Below, one piece after another: positions 55,321 to 64,000 of a stretch of 64,000 nt of DNA. This DNA comes from Gemmatimonadales bacterium (GTDB lineage Bacteria; Gemmatimonadota; Gemmatimonadetes; Gemmatimonadales; GWC2-71-9). The DNA is taken from the NCBI GenBank assembly GCA_044229445.1, contig JBGASX010000004.1:18165-82164 (forward strand), written 5' to 3'. Positions within the stretch are counted from its first letter, which is position 1, and each line of letters begins with the position of its first letter. The notes beneath the pieces were generated by a model. The model saw only the letters and a list, made by a program, of their open reading frames with translations. It was not told the DNA's origin and made no database searches. The translations under genes and the position numbers were made by a program.

Positions 55321-56493
55321 TCATCCGGGGGGCAAATCCCCGGAGGGCCGGTACAGCCAACCGGCGCCGGTGTTGAACACGATCACTCGGGATTCGGGAC
55401 CCAGCGTGCCCCGTTCGCGGAGAATGCGGGCGGCCGCGAGCCCTGCTCCCCCTTCGGGCGAAAGGTCGATGCCCTCCTCCCGAGAACCACGCCGCGCCTC
55501 CTCGGTCAGGTCCTCGTCCGTCACGGCGATTGCATCGCCGCCGCTTTCGCGCAGGGCGCGCAGAATGAGTCGATCACCCAGGGGACCGGGTACGCGAAGT
55601 CCGCTCGCGACGGTCCAGGGGTTCGGCCAGGGAGTGGCGCGGTCGCTACCGGCACCGAAGGCCTGCACGATCGGCGCGCACCCTGTCGACTGCACCGTGA
55701 ACATGCGAGGGCGCTCCTCCGTTACCCACCCGGCCGTATGGAGCTCCTCGAATGCCTTCCACATTCCGATCAGTCCGGTGCCCCCGCCGGTCGGGTAGAT
55801 GATTGCATCCGGCAGGGTCCAGCCCAGCTGCATGGCGAGTTCGAGGCCCAGCGTCTTCTTGCCTTCGATCCGGTAGGGCTCGCGGAGTGTCGACAGGTCC
55901 ATCGCTCCGGACTCGGCGCCGTAGGCGCGCGCCGCCTTGCCGCAGTCGCCGATGTGGCCGTCGAGCAGGTGGAGCTCCCCACCGAAGGTGACGATCTGCG
56001 CGAGGATCGTGGCCGGTGTCGTCCGTGGCGCGTAGACGCGCACGCCGACGCCCGCGCGGGCTGCGTAGGCCGCGGCGGCGACGCCGGCGTTGCCTGCCGT
56101 GGGAATGACGAACTGGCGTGCGCCAGCGGCGACCGCGCGAGTCATCGCGGCGCTCAGGCCGCGCGCCTTGAACGAGCCCGTCGGGTTCGCTCCCTCATCC
56201 TTGATCCAGAGGTCCGTGTACCCGAGGCGTGCCCCCGCCCGGTCACAGCGCAGCAGCGGGGTGTCGCCCTCACCGAGGGTTACCGGCTGCTCGTCGGGGG
56301 TGAGTGGAAGGAAGGGCCGATAGCGCCACATTCCGTGCCCTCGGCGTACCTCGGCGCGTGCGGTGAGCGTGGGCAACGCACGGTCGGGGTAACGGACGAG
56401 CCAGGGCTGGCCGCACACCTCGCAGACCGTCGCGAGTCCTTCCGGACCACGGGTGATGCCACAGCCAGAGCACTCGAGTTGCCAGTCCATCAT
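55321..56493 (-). CDS. thrC: Threonine-synthase-like PLP-dependent enzyme with N-terminal zinc-ribbon
   Basis: CSGCG...CEVCG ribbon, PLP lysine context NPTGSFKARG, and a GGGTG phosphate-binding loop (YPTGGGTGLIG). Confidence 0.75.
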   Translation of the reverse strand: MMDWQLECSGCGITRGPEGLATVCEVCGQPWLVRYPDRALPTLTARAEVRRGHGMWRYRPFLPLTPDEQPVTLGEGDTPLLRCDRAGARLGYTDLWIKDEGANPTGSFKARGLSAAMTRAVAAGARQFVIPTAGNAGVAAAAYAARAGVGVRVYAPRTTPATILAQIVTFGGELHLLDGHIGDCGKAARAYGAESGAMDLSTLREPYRIEGKKTLGLELAMQLGWTLPDAIIYPTGGGTGLIGMWKAFEELHTAGWVTEERPRMFTVQSTGCAPIVQAFGAGSDRATPWPNPWTVASGLRVPGPLGDRLILRALRESGGDAIAVTDEDLTEEARRGSREEGIDLSPEGGAGLAAARILRERGTLGPESRVIVFNTGAGWLYRPSGDLPPG

Positions 56494-56532
56494 GATCCGT
56501 CGTCGAGGGGGTGTGGGAAAGGGGAGCTTACG

Positions 56533-56802
56533 TCAGGCGCTGAGGAACCGTTCGGCGAGCTGCGCAAGGCGATCGTTCCCCTTGCTGCGGGCGTGCGCGA
56601 GGATCTGCTCGACGTGCACTTTGAGTCCGGGCTCGCCCCAGCGGTACCCGGTGGCCGTCTCGGCACCGATCGAATCGCCCCGATTGGCGCCCTCGAGCAA
56701 CGCCCACGCTGCGGCCTGGTCGTAAGCCGAGTCTTCCCGCGGCGGCAGTTCGTACCGGTCGGGAACCTCATCATGGTCTTCCTTGACGAACGCGCGTGAC
56801 AT
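56533..56802 (-). CDS. Hypothetical small protein (89 aa)
   Basis: The ATG at 56802 gives MSRAFVKEDHDEVPDRYELPP.... G/C-rich third positions. No family confidently recognised. Confidence 0.4.
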   Translation of the reverse strand: MSRAFVKEDHDEVPDRYELPPREDSAYDQAAAWALLEGANRGDSIGAETATGYRWGEPGLKVHVEQILAHARSKGNDRLAQLAERFLSA

Positions 56803-56848
56803 GCGGCAAAGATAAGGCATCCAACGCGTGGCGCGCGCTGCGGAACGG

Positions 56849-58663
56849 CTAGGACACGTCCATGAGACCGGCCAGAATTCGGTCGGCAAGCCTGCTGGAG
56901 AAGCCGGGCAGGCTGGCAATCTCGGCGGCGGTGGCCGACTTCACGCCCGCCAGGCTGCCGAAGTGCTCGAGCAAGACCCGGCGCCTCGACGGCCCGACTC
57001 CGGGGATCTCGAGCAGGGCCGAGGTGATGGTGCGTTCGGTTCTCCGCTTCCGGTTGTACGCGACGCCGAAGCGGTGGGTCTCATCGCGGATGCGCTGTAG
57101 GAGGCGGAGGGACGGGCTTCTCCGGGAGAGTCGGAGACTCTCGGACCGACCCGGGAAGAAGATCTCCTCCTCCTTCTTCGCGAGACTCACCATCGGAATC
57201 TCGCCGAGGCCGAGGCTGGTGGCGGCCTCGCGCGCGGCGGAGAGCTGGCCCTTCCCGCCGTCGATCACGATCAGGTCAGGGAGTGCCTTCTTCTCATCGC
57301 GTCGGCGGGTGAGGTAGCGGGAGATGACTTCGTGGATCGCCGCGTAGTCATCCTGCTGCCCGATACCCTTGATCTTGAACTTGCGGTATTCGCTCTTGCG
57401 CGGGCGGCCCGCCTCGAACCAGACGAGGGATCCCACCGTGTCTCGCCCCTGGTTGGTGGAGATGTCGACGCAGATCATGCTGCGCGGCACCGTGCTCAAG
57501 CCCAGATCACGGCCGAGCGCGTAGACCGGGTCGCCCGAGCGCTCGTCGGTTTCGAACGACTCGATGCGCAGGCTCTCCATGAGGTGGCGGGCATTCTGAT
57601 CGGCGAGGTCGAGCCAGCGCCTGGCCGTGCCACGCTGCGGCACGTTCCACTCGGTCTCGGGCATCAGTTCCTGCAGCAGGTCGACGTCGGCGGGCGGGAA
57701 CGGGAGCACCAGCCGCCGCACCCGATCCGGGGTGGGAACGTAGGAGCGCACCAGCAGGAAGTTGAGAATCTGATCGTCGGTCTCGTCATTGAGGTTCTCG
57801 AGGAAGGCATGATCCCGCGCGATCACCCTGCCCTCACGCACGCGCAGGAGCACGCCGACGGCGTCGTCACCGTCGCGGGCATACCCGAGCACGTCGGCGT
57901 CGCCCGTGCCGATCACCTCGACGCTGGAGGGCGCATCCACCTGCTCCAGCCACTTGAGCTGGTCGCGGAGGAGTCCGGCACGCTCGTAGTCCTGCCGTTC
58001 ACTCGCCGCGGTCATGGCGGCTCGCACCTTCCCCCGGACATCGACGGTGCGTCCCTCGAGGAAGTCGAGGACCTCGGCGATCATGGCGCGATAGTCCTCC
58101 TGCGTCTGCCAGCCGACACAGGGGGCCTTGCACCGTCCGATGTGATAGTCGAGACAGGGGCGCTCCCGGCGCTCGCGGGGGAGGTCGTCGTGACAACTGC
58201 GGACCGTGTAGAGACGGCGAACCACGGCGAGGGTCCGCCGCAGCAGCGTGACGTCGGTATAGGGACCGAAGTAGCGTGCACCGGTGAAATCGCGCCGACG
58301 CGTCACCAGCACGCGGGGAAACGGTTCGCCGACGGTGACGACGATCGACGGGTAGCTCTTGTCGTCCTTGAGACGGACGTTGAACTTCGGCTGATACTCC
58401 TTGATCAGGTTGTTCTCGAGCAGCAGCGACTGCGCCTCGTTCGCCACCACGATCGTCTCGACGTCGGCGATGTGCCGGAGCAGCCACTGGTTCTTGGGGC
58501 TGAGGGCATGGTCCGCGGTGAAGTAGCTGCGAACCCGGCTCTTGAGGCGCTTCGCCTTCCCGACGTACAGGACGTTGCCTTCGGCGTCCTTCCAGAGATA
58601 GACCCCTGGCTGGTCGGAGAGGGTGTCCAGCTTGCGCTGCAGGGGTTCGGGGAGGTCGGTCAT
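56849..58663 (-). CDS. uvrC: Excinuclease ABC subunit C
   Basis: GIY-YIG domain (PGVYLWKDAEGNVLYVGKAKRLKSRV), a UVR domain, an endonuclease domain and a C-terminal HhH2 (IPGVGPSRRRVLLEHFGS). The start is ATG 58663, not the 993-aa track ORF. Confidence 0.95.
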   Translation of the reverse strand: MTDLPEPLQRKLDTLSDQPGVYLWKDAEGNVLYVGKAKRLKSRVRSYFTADHALSPKNQWLLRHIADVETIVVANEAQSLLLENNLIKEYQPKFNVRLKDDKSYPSIVVTVGEPFPRVLVTRRRDFTGARYFGPYTDVTLLRRTLAVVRRLYTVRSCHDDLPRERRERPCLDYHIGRCKAPCVGWQTQEDYRAMIAEVLDFLEGRTVDVRGKVRAAMTAASERQDYERAGLLRDQLKWLEQVDAPSSVEVIGTGDADVLGYARDGDDAVGVLLRVREGRVIARDHAFLENLNDETDDQILNFLLVRSYVPTPDRVRRLVLPFPPADVDLLQELMPETEWNVPQRGTARRWLDLADQNARHLMESLRIESFETDERSGDPVYALGRDLGLSTVPRSMICVDISTNQGRDTVGSLVWFEAGRPRKSEYRKFKIKGIGQQDDYAAIHEVISRYLTRRRDEKKALPDLIVIDGGKGQLSAAREAATSLGLGEIPMVSLAKKEEEIFFPGRSESLRLSRRSPSLRLLQRIRDETHRFGVAYNRKRRTERTITSALLEIPGVGPSRRRVLLEHFGSLAGVKSATAAEIASLPGFSSRLADRILAGLMDVS

Positions 58664-58686
58664 GGAGTGACGTCGCCCATGCGCGC

Positions 58687-60327
58687 TTAGCGGCTGCCTG
58701 ACTGGAGTCGGCCGAACACGCGATGCGCCACCGCCCGGGCTTCCGGAAGGCCAGCCGCGAGCGTGAGCCCGAGGTAGCCGAGGCCGAACGGGATGAGCAC
58801 GAGCGCCGCCTGCATCAGGGGACGGGCGAGCGTGATCCAGCTGCCCAAGGCGTATCCCGCCGCGGCGGCCGCGAGGGCGGCCGACCAGAGGCCGAGGAGC
58901 GTGCGCACCGGGAGGCCCGTGGCGCCGATGCGGCGATTCAGCCCCCGACGAAGCAGGAAGAACTCCAGCCAGCCGGCGATGCCGGCCGACGCCGTGAGGC
59001 CCGCGGCGCCCCACTTCGGGTCGAGCCCCAGCAGCGGAGGCAGCGGCACGGCGCAGAGATAGCCCAGAGCCGTCGTCAGCAGGACGCGGAGGATCGCGAA
59101 GCGAAGCGGGGTCTTCGTGTCGCGCAGGGCGTAGAAGCCGGAGCTGTAGAGCCGGCCCATGGTGGCGGCGAGCAGACCCACGGCCGAGCCGGCGAGGATG
59201 GCCCAGACATAGCGGCTGTCGGCGGCGGTGAACCGGCCGGTCTGGAAGAGGGCTCCGGCGATGACGCCCCCGAATGCGAGGAAGGCCGCGGCCGAGGGCA
59301 CGACAAAGAAGGCGATCCGTCGCAAGCCTGCGTTGAGCCGGAGGCGCAGCGCCTCGGCGACCTGCTCGGGCGTTCCGGTGGCGCTCGACATCGCGGGCAG
59401 CTCCGCCGCCGAGACGGACATCCCGAACAGACTCACGGGCAGTGTGTAGAGCGCCTGGGCATTGGCGAGGCCGGTGACCGCTCCCGTGCCCAGAAGGCTG
59501 GCGAGGATGCTGTCCACATAGGCGCTGATCTGCACGACGCCCCGGCCGATGAACACCGGGCCGAAGTTGCCGATCACCGTCCTGGCATGTGAGGATCGAT
59601 GGTCCAGCGACGGGCGCAGATGTCCCATCACCAAAATCACGGTCGGCAGCTGGACGAGGACCTGCAGCAGTGCGCCGACCACCGACCCGAGCGCGGCGGC
59701 GATCGCGATGCGGGCCTCGTCGCCCCGACCGGCGGCGAGGGCAACGATCACGATGATGGCGACATTCCAGATCACCGGCGCCGCATACGAGAGCAGAAAC
59801 CGCCGGTGGCTGTTCAGGATGCCGAGGCACCAGGCGGACAGCACAAACAGGCCGGCGCCCGGAAAGAGCATCCGGACGAGTCGCACCGTCAGGTCGCGTT
59901 TGTCGCCCGTGAATCCGGGGGCGATGAGCGTGGTCAGGGGAGATGCCAGCAGCATGCCCAGCAGGACAATGACGGAGGCCGTGAGCGCGAGCAGGCCGAA
60001 CACCGCGTTTGCGACGCTCCTCGCCTCGGCGTCTCTGCCTTCCGCGCGGAGCCGGGCGTAGACCGGAATCAGTGAAGCCGAAAGGACGCCCTCGCCCAGC
60101 AGGTTCTGGAGAAAGTTGGGGATCCGGAACGCGACATTGAAAGCGTCGTTGGCGTCCCCGAGGCCGAGGTACTTCGCCAGGATGCGCTGACGGACGAGCC
60201 CGAAGATCCGGCTGAGGAAGATGCCCGCGCCCACCAGCGCCGCATGGCTGGCGGCCCGTCGGGGTGATCCGGCCGGCGCGGCGGCTGATGGAAGGTTCGC
60301 GTCAGGCACGTGAGCAGGCTCAGGCAC
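58687..60327 (-). CDS. murJ: Lipid II flippase MurJ (MviN)
   Basis: SRIFGLVRQRILAKYLG..DAFNVAFRIPNFLQNLLGEGVLSASLIPVY with about 14 TM helices. GTG start. Confidence 0.9.
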   Translation of the reverse strand: MPEPAHVPDANLPSAAAPAGSPRRAASHAALVGAGIFLSRIFGLVRQRILAKYLGLGDANDAFNVAFRIPNFLQNLLGEGVLSASLIPVYARLRAEGRDAEARSVANAVFGLLALTASVIVLLGMLLASPLTTLIAPGFTGDKRDLTVRLVRMLFPGAGLFVLSAWCLGILNSHRRFLLSYAAPVIWNVAIIVIVALAAGRGDEARIAIAAALGSVVGALLQVLVQLPTVILVMGHLRPSLDHRSSHARTVIGNFGPVFIGRGVVQISAYVDSILASLLGTGAVTGLANAQALYTLPVSLFGMSVSAAELPAMSSATGTPEQVAEALRLRLNAGLRRIAFFVVPSAAAFLAFGGVIAGALFQTGRFTAADSRYVWAILAGSAVGLLAATMGRLYSSGFYALRDTKTPLRFAILRVLLTTALGYLCAVPLPPLLGLDPKWGAAGLTASAGIAGWLEFFLLRRGLNRRIGATGLPVRTLLGLWSAALAAAAAGYALGSWITLARPLMQAALVLIPFGLGYLGLTLAAGLPEARAVAHRVFGRLQSGSR

Positions 60328-60339
60328 GTCGGCCTGATC

Positions 60340-60618
60340 CTACTGCTTGGGCGGCGGGAGGGCCGAGCGGCTCGGGTGCTCCTCGAGCAGGCGCTGCAGG
60401 AACTGGTTCTCCTCCTGGAGCGAAGTCACGGCACGCTGCAGGTCATCCACTTCACCCCGGAGCAACTCCACGTCCCTGGCGAGGTCCGCCAGATTCGCGG
60501 GCACGGCCGCCGGCCCCTCGAGGCGGCGGGCGAGTGCCTTGCCGATCGGGGAATCGATGATGAGCCCCGCGATCGGAATCATGAGGGCCACGAGCAGGAC
60601 GAGACCGAGGAAGACCAT
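60340..60618 (-). CDS. Small membrane-anchored coiled-coil protein (92 aa)
   Basis: One N-terminal TM helix (MVFLGLVLLVALMIPIAGLII) and a heptad-like C-terminus (LLRGEVDDLQRAVTSLQEENQFLQRLL). It is packed between bshC and murJ. Confidence 0.45.
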   Translation of the reverse strand: MVFLGLVLLVALMIPIAGLIIDSPIGKALARRLEGPAAVPANLADLARDVELLRGEVDDLQRAVTSLQEENQFLQRLLEEHPSRSALPPPKQ

Positions 60619-60627
60619 GGATCGAGT

Positions 60628-62157
60628 CTACTGGGGGCGCGGAGCCCCTTCAAGGCCCGAGCGGTACCAGTCATCAATCGTGGTCAGGAGGTCGGTGAGC
60701 AACGAAGGGCCGTACTTGGAGAGCCAGGGGGCGAGGGTGTGGACCCGCTCCTGCGGCTTGCCGAGGGGAAGGACGAGTTCGCGGGCCCGCGCGATCTGCT
60801 GCGTCTCAGTCGCCTGGCGCTTCTTCAAGTGGCTGACAATCCGCTTCTCGGCGTCCTGGGTCCCGGTCAGGGCCTGACCGGCGAGGTTGCGGATCGGCTT
60901 CTCGATGGTGGGATCGATGCTCGCTGCGGCGCGGGCGAGTACGTCGTACTCCCGTTCGATCGTGGCGCGGAGTTCCGCGATCGCGTGCCGGGCGTCCTCC
61001 GGCAGCTGCTCGCGGACGACTCTCGCCTCGAGCTGCTGTCCCGGCCTGAGGAGTTCGTCCATCGAGGACCCGAACTTCTCAAGGACCCGATCGGTCCGGG
61101 CGTCGACCATCATGCCGGACCAGCGCGGGAGTGGCAGCTGCTCCGGAACACCCAGCGGCCCGTAGACGGCCTCCGCGAGCGCGAAGTACCGCAGCTCGCC
61201 CGGACCCGCCATATAGGCGACCGTCGGCAGGATCGCGCTTTCGACGGCCGGCCGGAGCAGGACGTTGGGAGAGAATCGTCCCGGGTCCTCCTGGGCCGCC
61301 CGTTCGATCTCGGCGAGGGAGAGCGTTTCCCGGCTCCGCCGCGTGATGAACCCCGGGTTCCGTGCGGAGAGCCGGTCGCGCCCCTGCTGGCCCTCGTACA
61401 TCACGAGCGTTGCCCCGTCCCCGACGGTCACTCCGGCGTCCTGCCCCGCCGCGAGGAGGCCGCTGTTGCGGGCGACGAGTGCCGCCTCGATCCGCTCCGA
61501 GTCGGTCAGCGCCTTGAGCAGGACCGGCATCTGGGCGCGCTTGACCGCCGCGTGGGTCGCGTCGAAGACCACGACGCCGAACGGGGCCAGGAGTTCTGCC
61601 AGGACGTGGGCACAGCTGTCCGCGAGGGTGGCTTCGGGGCGGTACCATCGGCGGAACAGCGCGAGGACCTCCTCCCGGAACTCCGAGACGGGGAGGTCGG
61701 CGGCGAGGCGATCGAGGACGGGGCCGATTTCGGGGCCGACCGGCTCGCGGTACAACGGCGTCAGCGGGGCGTCCGGCGCGCGCTCGCGCAGTGTCATCGT
61801 GACCGTGGTGCCATCCGCCGCCGGCCACGAGGCGTGGTTGCCTTCGGCAAAGTCGTGGTCGCCACCCGCGGCCCAGAAGACGGGGACGACCGGTCTTCCC
61901 CAGCGCGCCTCACAGAGGCGAGCCATCGCGACGGCCGAGAGCGCCTTGTGGATGGTGTAGAGGGGGCCGGTGAGCAACCCCGGCTGCTGTCCGGTGGTGA
62001 CAACGAGGACGTCAGGCGACTTGAGGCGGTCGAGCGCGGCGCTGGTGCCTTCGGCACACACGAAGGCATCGAGAAGCGCCGGCGCGACACCACCCGGGCG
62101 CGGCTCGGGCCAGCGGAGCGGTGCGTGGATCGGAGTCGTGACGATTCGGAGGCTCAC
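60628..62157 (-). CDS. bshC: Bacillithiol biosynthesis cysteine-adding enzyme BshC
   Basis: VVTTGQQPGLLTGPLYTIHKALSAVAMA...PVFWAAGGDHDF is the BshC N-terminal signature. The length (509 aa) fits. GTG start overlapping the upstream stop. Confidence 0.8.
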   Translation of the reverse strand: MSLRIVTTPIHAPLRWPEPRPGGVAPALLDAFVCAEGTSAALDRLKSPDVLVVTTGQQPGLLTGPLYTIHKALSAVAMARLCEARWGRPVVPVFWAAGGDHDFAEGNHASWPAADGTTVTMTLRERAPDAPLTPLYREPVGPEIGPVLDRLAADLPVSEFREEVLALFRRWYRPEATLADSCAHVLAELLAPFGVVVFDATHAAVKRAQMPVLLKALTDSERIEAALVARNSGLLAAGQDAGVTVGDGATLVMYEGQQGRDRLSARNPGFITRRSRETLSLAEIERAAQEDPGRFSPNVLLRPAVESAILPTVAYMAGPGELRYFALAEAVYGPLGVPEQLPLPRWSGMMVDARTDRVLEKFGSSMDELLRPGQQLEARVVREQLPEDARHAIAELRATIEREYDVLARAAASIDPTIEKPIRNLAGQALTGTQDAEKRIVSHLKKRQATETQQIARARELVLPLGKPQERVHTLAPWLSKYGPSLLTDLLTTIDDWYRSGLEGAPRPQ

Positions 62158-62870
62158 GCGGGCACCCCGGCGGTGAGGATCGTTCGCGTACCGCCGGCAA
62201 GCGGACCACCCATATAGTCCCCGAATCTTCCCACCACGCTCGCGCCGTGGGCCGTGATCATCCGCTCGAGGTCGGTCGCGCCGAGGAGCCGGACCCGTTC
62301 CTCGAAGGAGCGCCCGGCCGCCATGGTGATCGTCTTGCGGACGAAACGACCGTCAGGGGTAATCATGCGGCGGATCTCGGCGACCTGGTCACCATAGCGG
62401 GCCGACTCCTCCGGAACGAGGGCATCTCGCACCTGTTCGGCGTTGAGAAAGTCGATCACGAACCAGCCTCCGGGGCGGACGGTGGAGAGCATCTGCCCGA
62501 TCGCATCGTGATGCTCTTCGTCGGCCGCAAAGTACCCGAAGCTGGTGAAGAGGTTCACGGTCGCATCCATCGAATGAGGCCGGAACGGCAGTGCCCGCAT
62601 GTCAGCCCGGACGAGGGGGCGACCGGTCTGCCCGGCGGCACGGCGCAGGAGCGCGGCCGACAGGTCGAAGCCGAACGGGACCGCACCTGCGCGCTCGAGG
62701 GCCGCCATGTGGCGCCCCGCCCCGCAGGCGACGTCGAGGACGCGCCACCCTGGGCTCCAGGGCAGCACCCGCTGGAGCAGCCGTACCACCCGCTCGGCAT
62801 CGGCCTCATTCCGGTGGGGATAGAGGTGCAGGTACTCCTCGCCGAACCACTCCTCGAACCATTCGGCCAT
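62154..62870 (-). CDS. Class I SAM-dependent methyltransferase
   Basis: The ATG at 62870 gives MAEWFEEWFGEEYL... SAM motif I is VLDVACGAGRH, with an acidic motif-II residue (GFDLS). 4-nt overlap with the bshC start. Confidence 0.8.
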   Translation of the reverse strand: MAEWFEEWFGEEYLHLYPHRNEADAERVVRLLQRVLPWSPGWRVLDVACGAGRHMAALERAGAVPFGFDLSAALLRRAAGQTGRPLVRADMRALPFRPHSMDATVNLFTSFGYFAADEEHHDAIGQMLSTVRPGGWFVIDFLNAEQVRDALVPEESARYGDQVAEIRRMITPDGRFVRKTITMAAGRSFEERVRLLGATDLERMITAHGASVVGRFGDYMGGPLAGGTRTILTAGVPA

Positions 62871-62922
62871 CAGCCGTCCGCCTCGACAATTGTGCTGCCC
62901 GCCACCAGCCCGTCGGCGCGCG

Positions 62923-63381
62923 CTATTTGTGATACGGCTCGTGGTGGAGAATGGTCCACGCCCGGTAAAGCTGCTCGTAGACGACGACCCGTGCCAGCTC
63001 GTGCGGCAGCGTGAGTGGTCCCAGGCTCCAGCGCTCGTTGCAACTCGCGAGCAGCGCGGGGTCGAGCCCATGCGACCCGCCGAGGAGGAGTGTGACGGGC
63101 CGGGCGGCGAGCCTCCAGTGGTCGAGGCGGACGGCGAGTTTTTCGCTCGACCATGCCGTGCCCTCGCGATCGAGGGCCACAAGGTGCGACCCGGCCCCGA
63201 TGCGCTCGCGGAGGCGGGCGCCTTCCTGCCGGCATCCCTCCTCCGCATTCGGTGCCCGGCCCGCCTCGCGAACCTCGAATTCCGCGATCCGCCCGTAGCG
63301 GGGCAGCCGCCCGAGATATTCGTCAGCGGCCGCCCGGAAGACCGGGCGGAGCTTTCCGACGGCGACCAGCGTCAGCTGCAC
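62923..63381 (-). CDS. rlmH: 23S rRNA (pseudouridine1915-N3)-methyltransferase RlmH
   Basis: SPOUT fold. MQLTLVAVGKLR..., LLLGGSHGL, and a HELARVVVYEQLYRAWTILHHEPYHK ending. Confidence 0.9.
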   Translation of the reverse strand: MQLTLVAVGKLRPVFRAAADEYLGRLPRYGRIAEFEVREAGRAPNAEEGCRQEGARLRERIGAGSHLVALDREGTAWSSEKLAVRLDHWRLAARPVTLLLGGSHGLDPALLASCNERWSLGPLTLPHELARVVVYEQLYRAWTILHHEPYHK

Positions 63382-64000
63382 TCAGGCGTACATCCCGCGC
63401 AGCCGGTGCACGGCGGCGACCCGCTCGATCGAGAGCATGTACGCGCCGATGCGATTGTCCACCGCGTGCTTCTCCGCCATGGTGGTGACCTCCTCGAAGG
63501 ACCGCACCATGATCTTCTCGAGGCGACTGTTGACCGTCTCCTCATCCCAGAAGTAGCCGCCGCGATCCTGCACCCATTCGAAGTAGCTGACGGTCACGCC
63601 ACCGGCGTTGGCAAGGATGTCCGGGATGACGAAGACCCCCTTCGCGTTCAGGATCTTGTCGGCCGCCGCCGTGGTGGGCCCGTTGGCACCCTCGCAGATG
63701 ATGCGCGCCTTGATGTTCTCCGCGATTTCAGCGGTGATCACATTCTCGAGCGCCGCAGGCACCAGCACGTCGCACTCGAGGGTGAGCAGTTCCTCGTTGG
63801 TGACGGCCTGGGCGTCCTTGTAGCCCTTCAGGAACTTGTTCGCTTTCACGTGCGCGAAGACGCTCGCGATATCGAGCCCCTTCGGGTTGTAGATCCCGCC
63901 GGTCTTGTCGCTGACGGCGACGATCGTCATCCCCTCCTTGGCCATCAGGTCGGCGGCGACGGAACCGACATTGCCAAAGCCCTGGACCGCCACCCGAGTG
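63382..64000 (-). CDS. gdhA: Glu/Leu/Phe/Val-family (glutamate) dehydrogenase, C-terminal part; 5' end lies beyond the window
   Basis: NAD(P)-binding [16 protein letters not shown], and [19 protein letters not shown]. Confidence 0.9.
   Translation of the reverse strand, partial: TRVAVQGFGNVGSVAADLMAKEGMTIVAVSDKTGGIYNPKGLDIASVFAHVKANKFLKGYKDAQAVTNEELLTLECDVLVPAALENVITAEIAENIKARIICEGANGPTTAAADKILNAKGVFVIPDILANAGGVTVSYFEWVQDRGGYFWDEETVNSRLEKIMVRSFEEVTTMAEKHAVDNRIGAYMLSIERVAAVHRLRGMYA

Noticed and set aside
56849-59830. A 993-aa minus-strand ORF that would give UvrC a ~390-aa N-terminal extension.
   Set aside because: The extension is Arg/Pro/Gly-rich low-complexity sequence lying in an alternative frame over murJ (58687-60327), which has clear MurJ motifs. 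UvrC homology (GIY-YIG) begins at the ATG at 58663.

Overview
High-GC (about two-thirds G+C by eye) chromosomal segment from a diderm (Gram-negative-type) bacterium. The gene content (futalosine menaquinone route, bshC, Lpt/Kdo genes, sigma-54) would fit a Gemmatimonadota-like lineage, but I cannot verify the taxon. The window is tightly packed with about 60 supportable CDS and 2 tRNAs, and many start/stop overlaps of 1-4 nt. Recognisable blocks are listed here in order. (1) fabF 3' end, a Rieske/flavodoxin-like fusion and two tandem GYF-like membrane paralogs. (2) A Tat-exported amidase, an OM beta-barrel and a lipoprotein. (3) mqnE-mqnA-mqnC-ispF, a DedA/TerB-like fusion and xerD. (4) A czcCBA-type RND efflux system. 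(5) A VanZ-like protein and an ABC exporter module. (6) trpG, then kdsB-pyrG-kdsA-kdsC-lptC-lptA-like-lptB-rpoN running straight into a glycosylation locus (two polyprenyl-phosphate GT2s, a GT4, a flippase-like protein, a YfhO-like membrane protein, a beta-propeller lipoprotein), then dapF. (7) A long minus-strand housekeeping string: DUF512-like, der, plsY, gpsA, merR-like, surE, pcm, dedA, acyP, apt, tRNA-Arg. (8) A type IV pilin with a clear sigma-54 promoter, cytochrome c and tRNA-Gly. (9) A TPR protein, a frame-disrupted larC, thrC-like, uvrC, murJ, bshC plus a methyltransferase, rlmH and a partial gdh. I found no CRISPR array, IS/transposase, prophage or recognisable defence system. The window looks mostly core, so the findings are moderate-interest oddities: domain fusions, a split gene, a candidate periplasmic glycosylation system, regulatory palindromes and an AT-rich orphan spacer. 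I saw no clearly novel system. The many long Arg/Pro/Gly-rich ORFs in the track are shadow ORFs typical of high-GC DNA.
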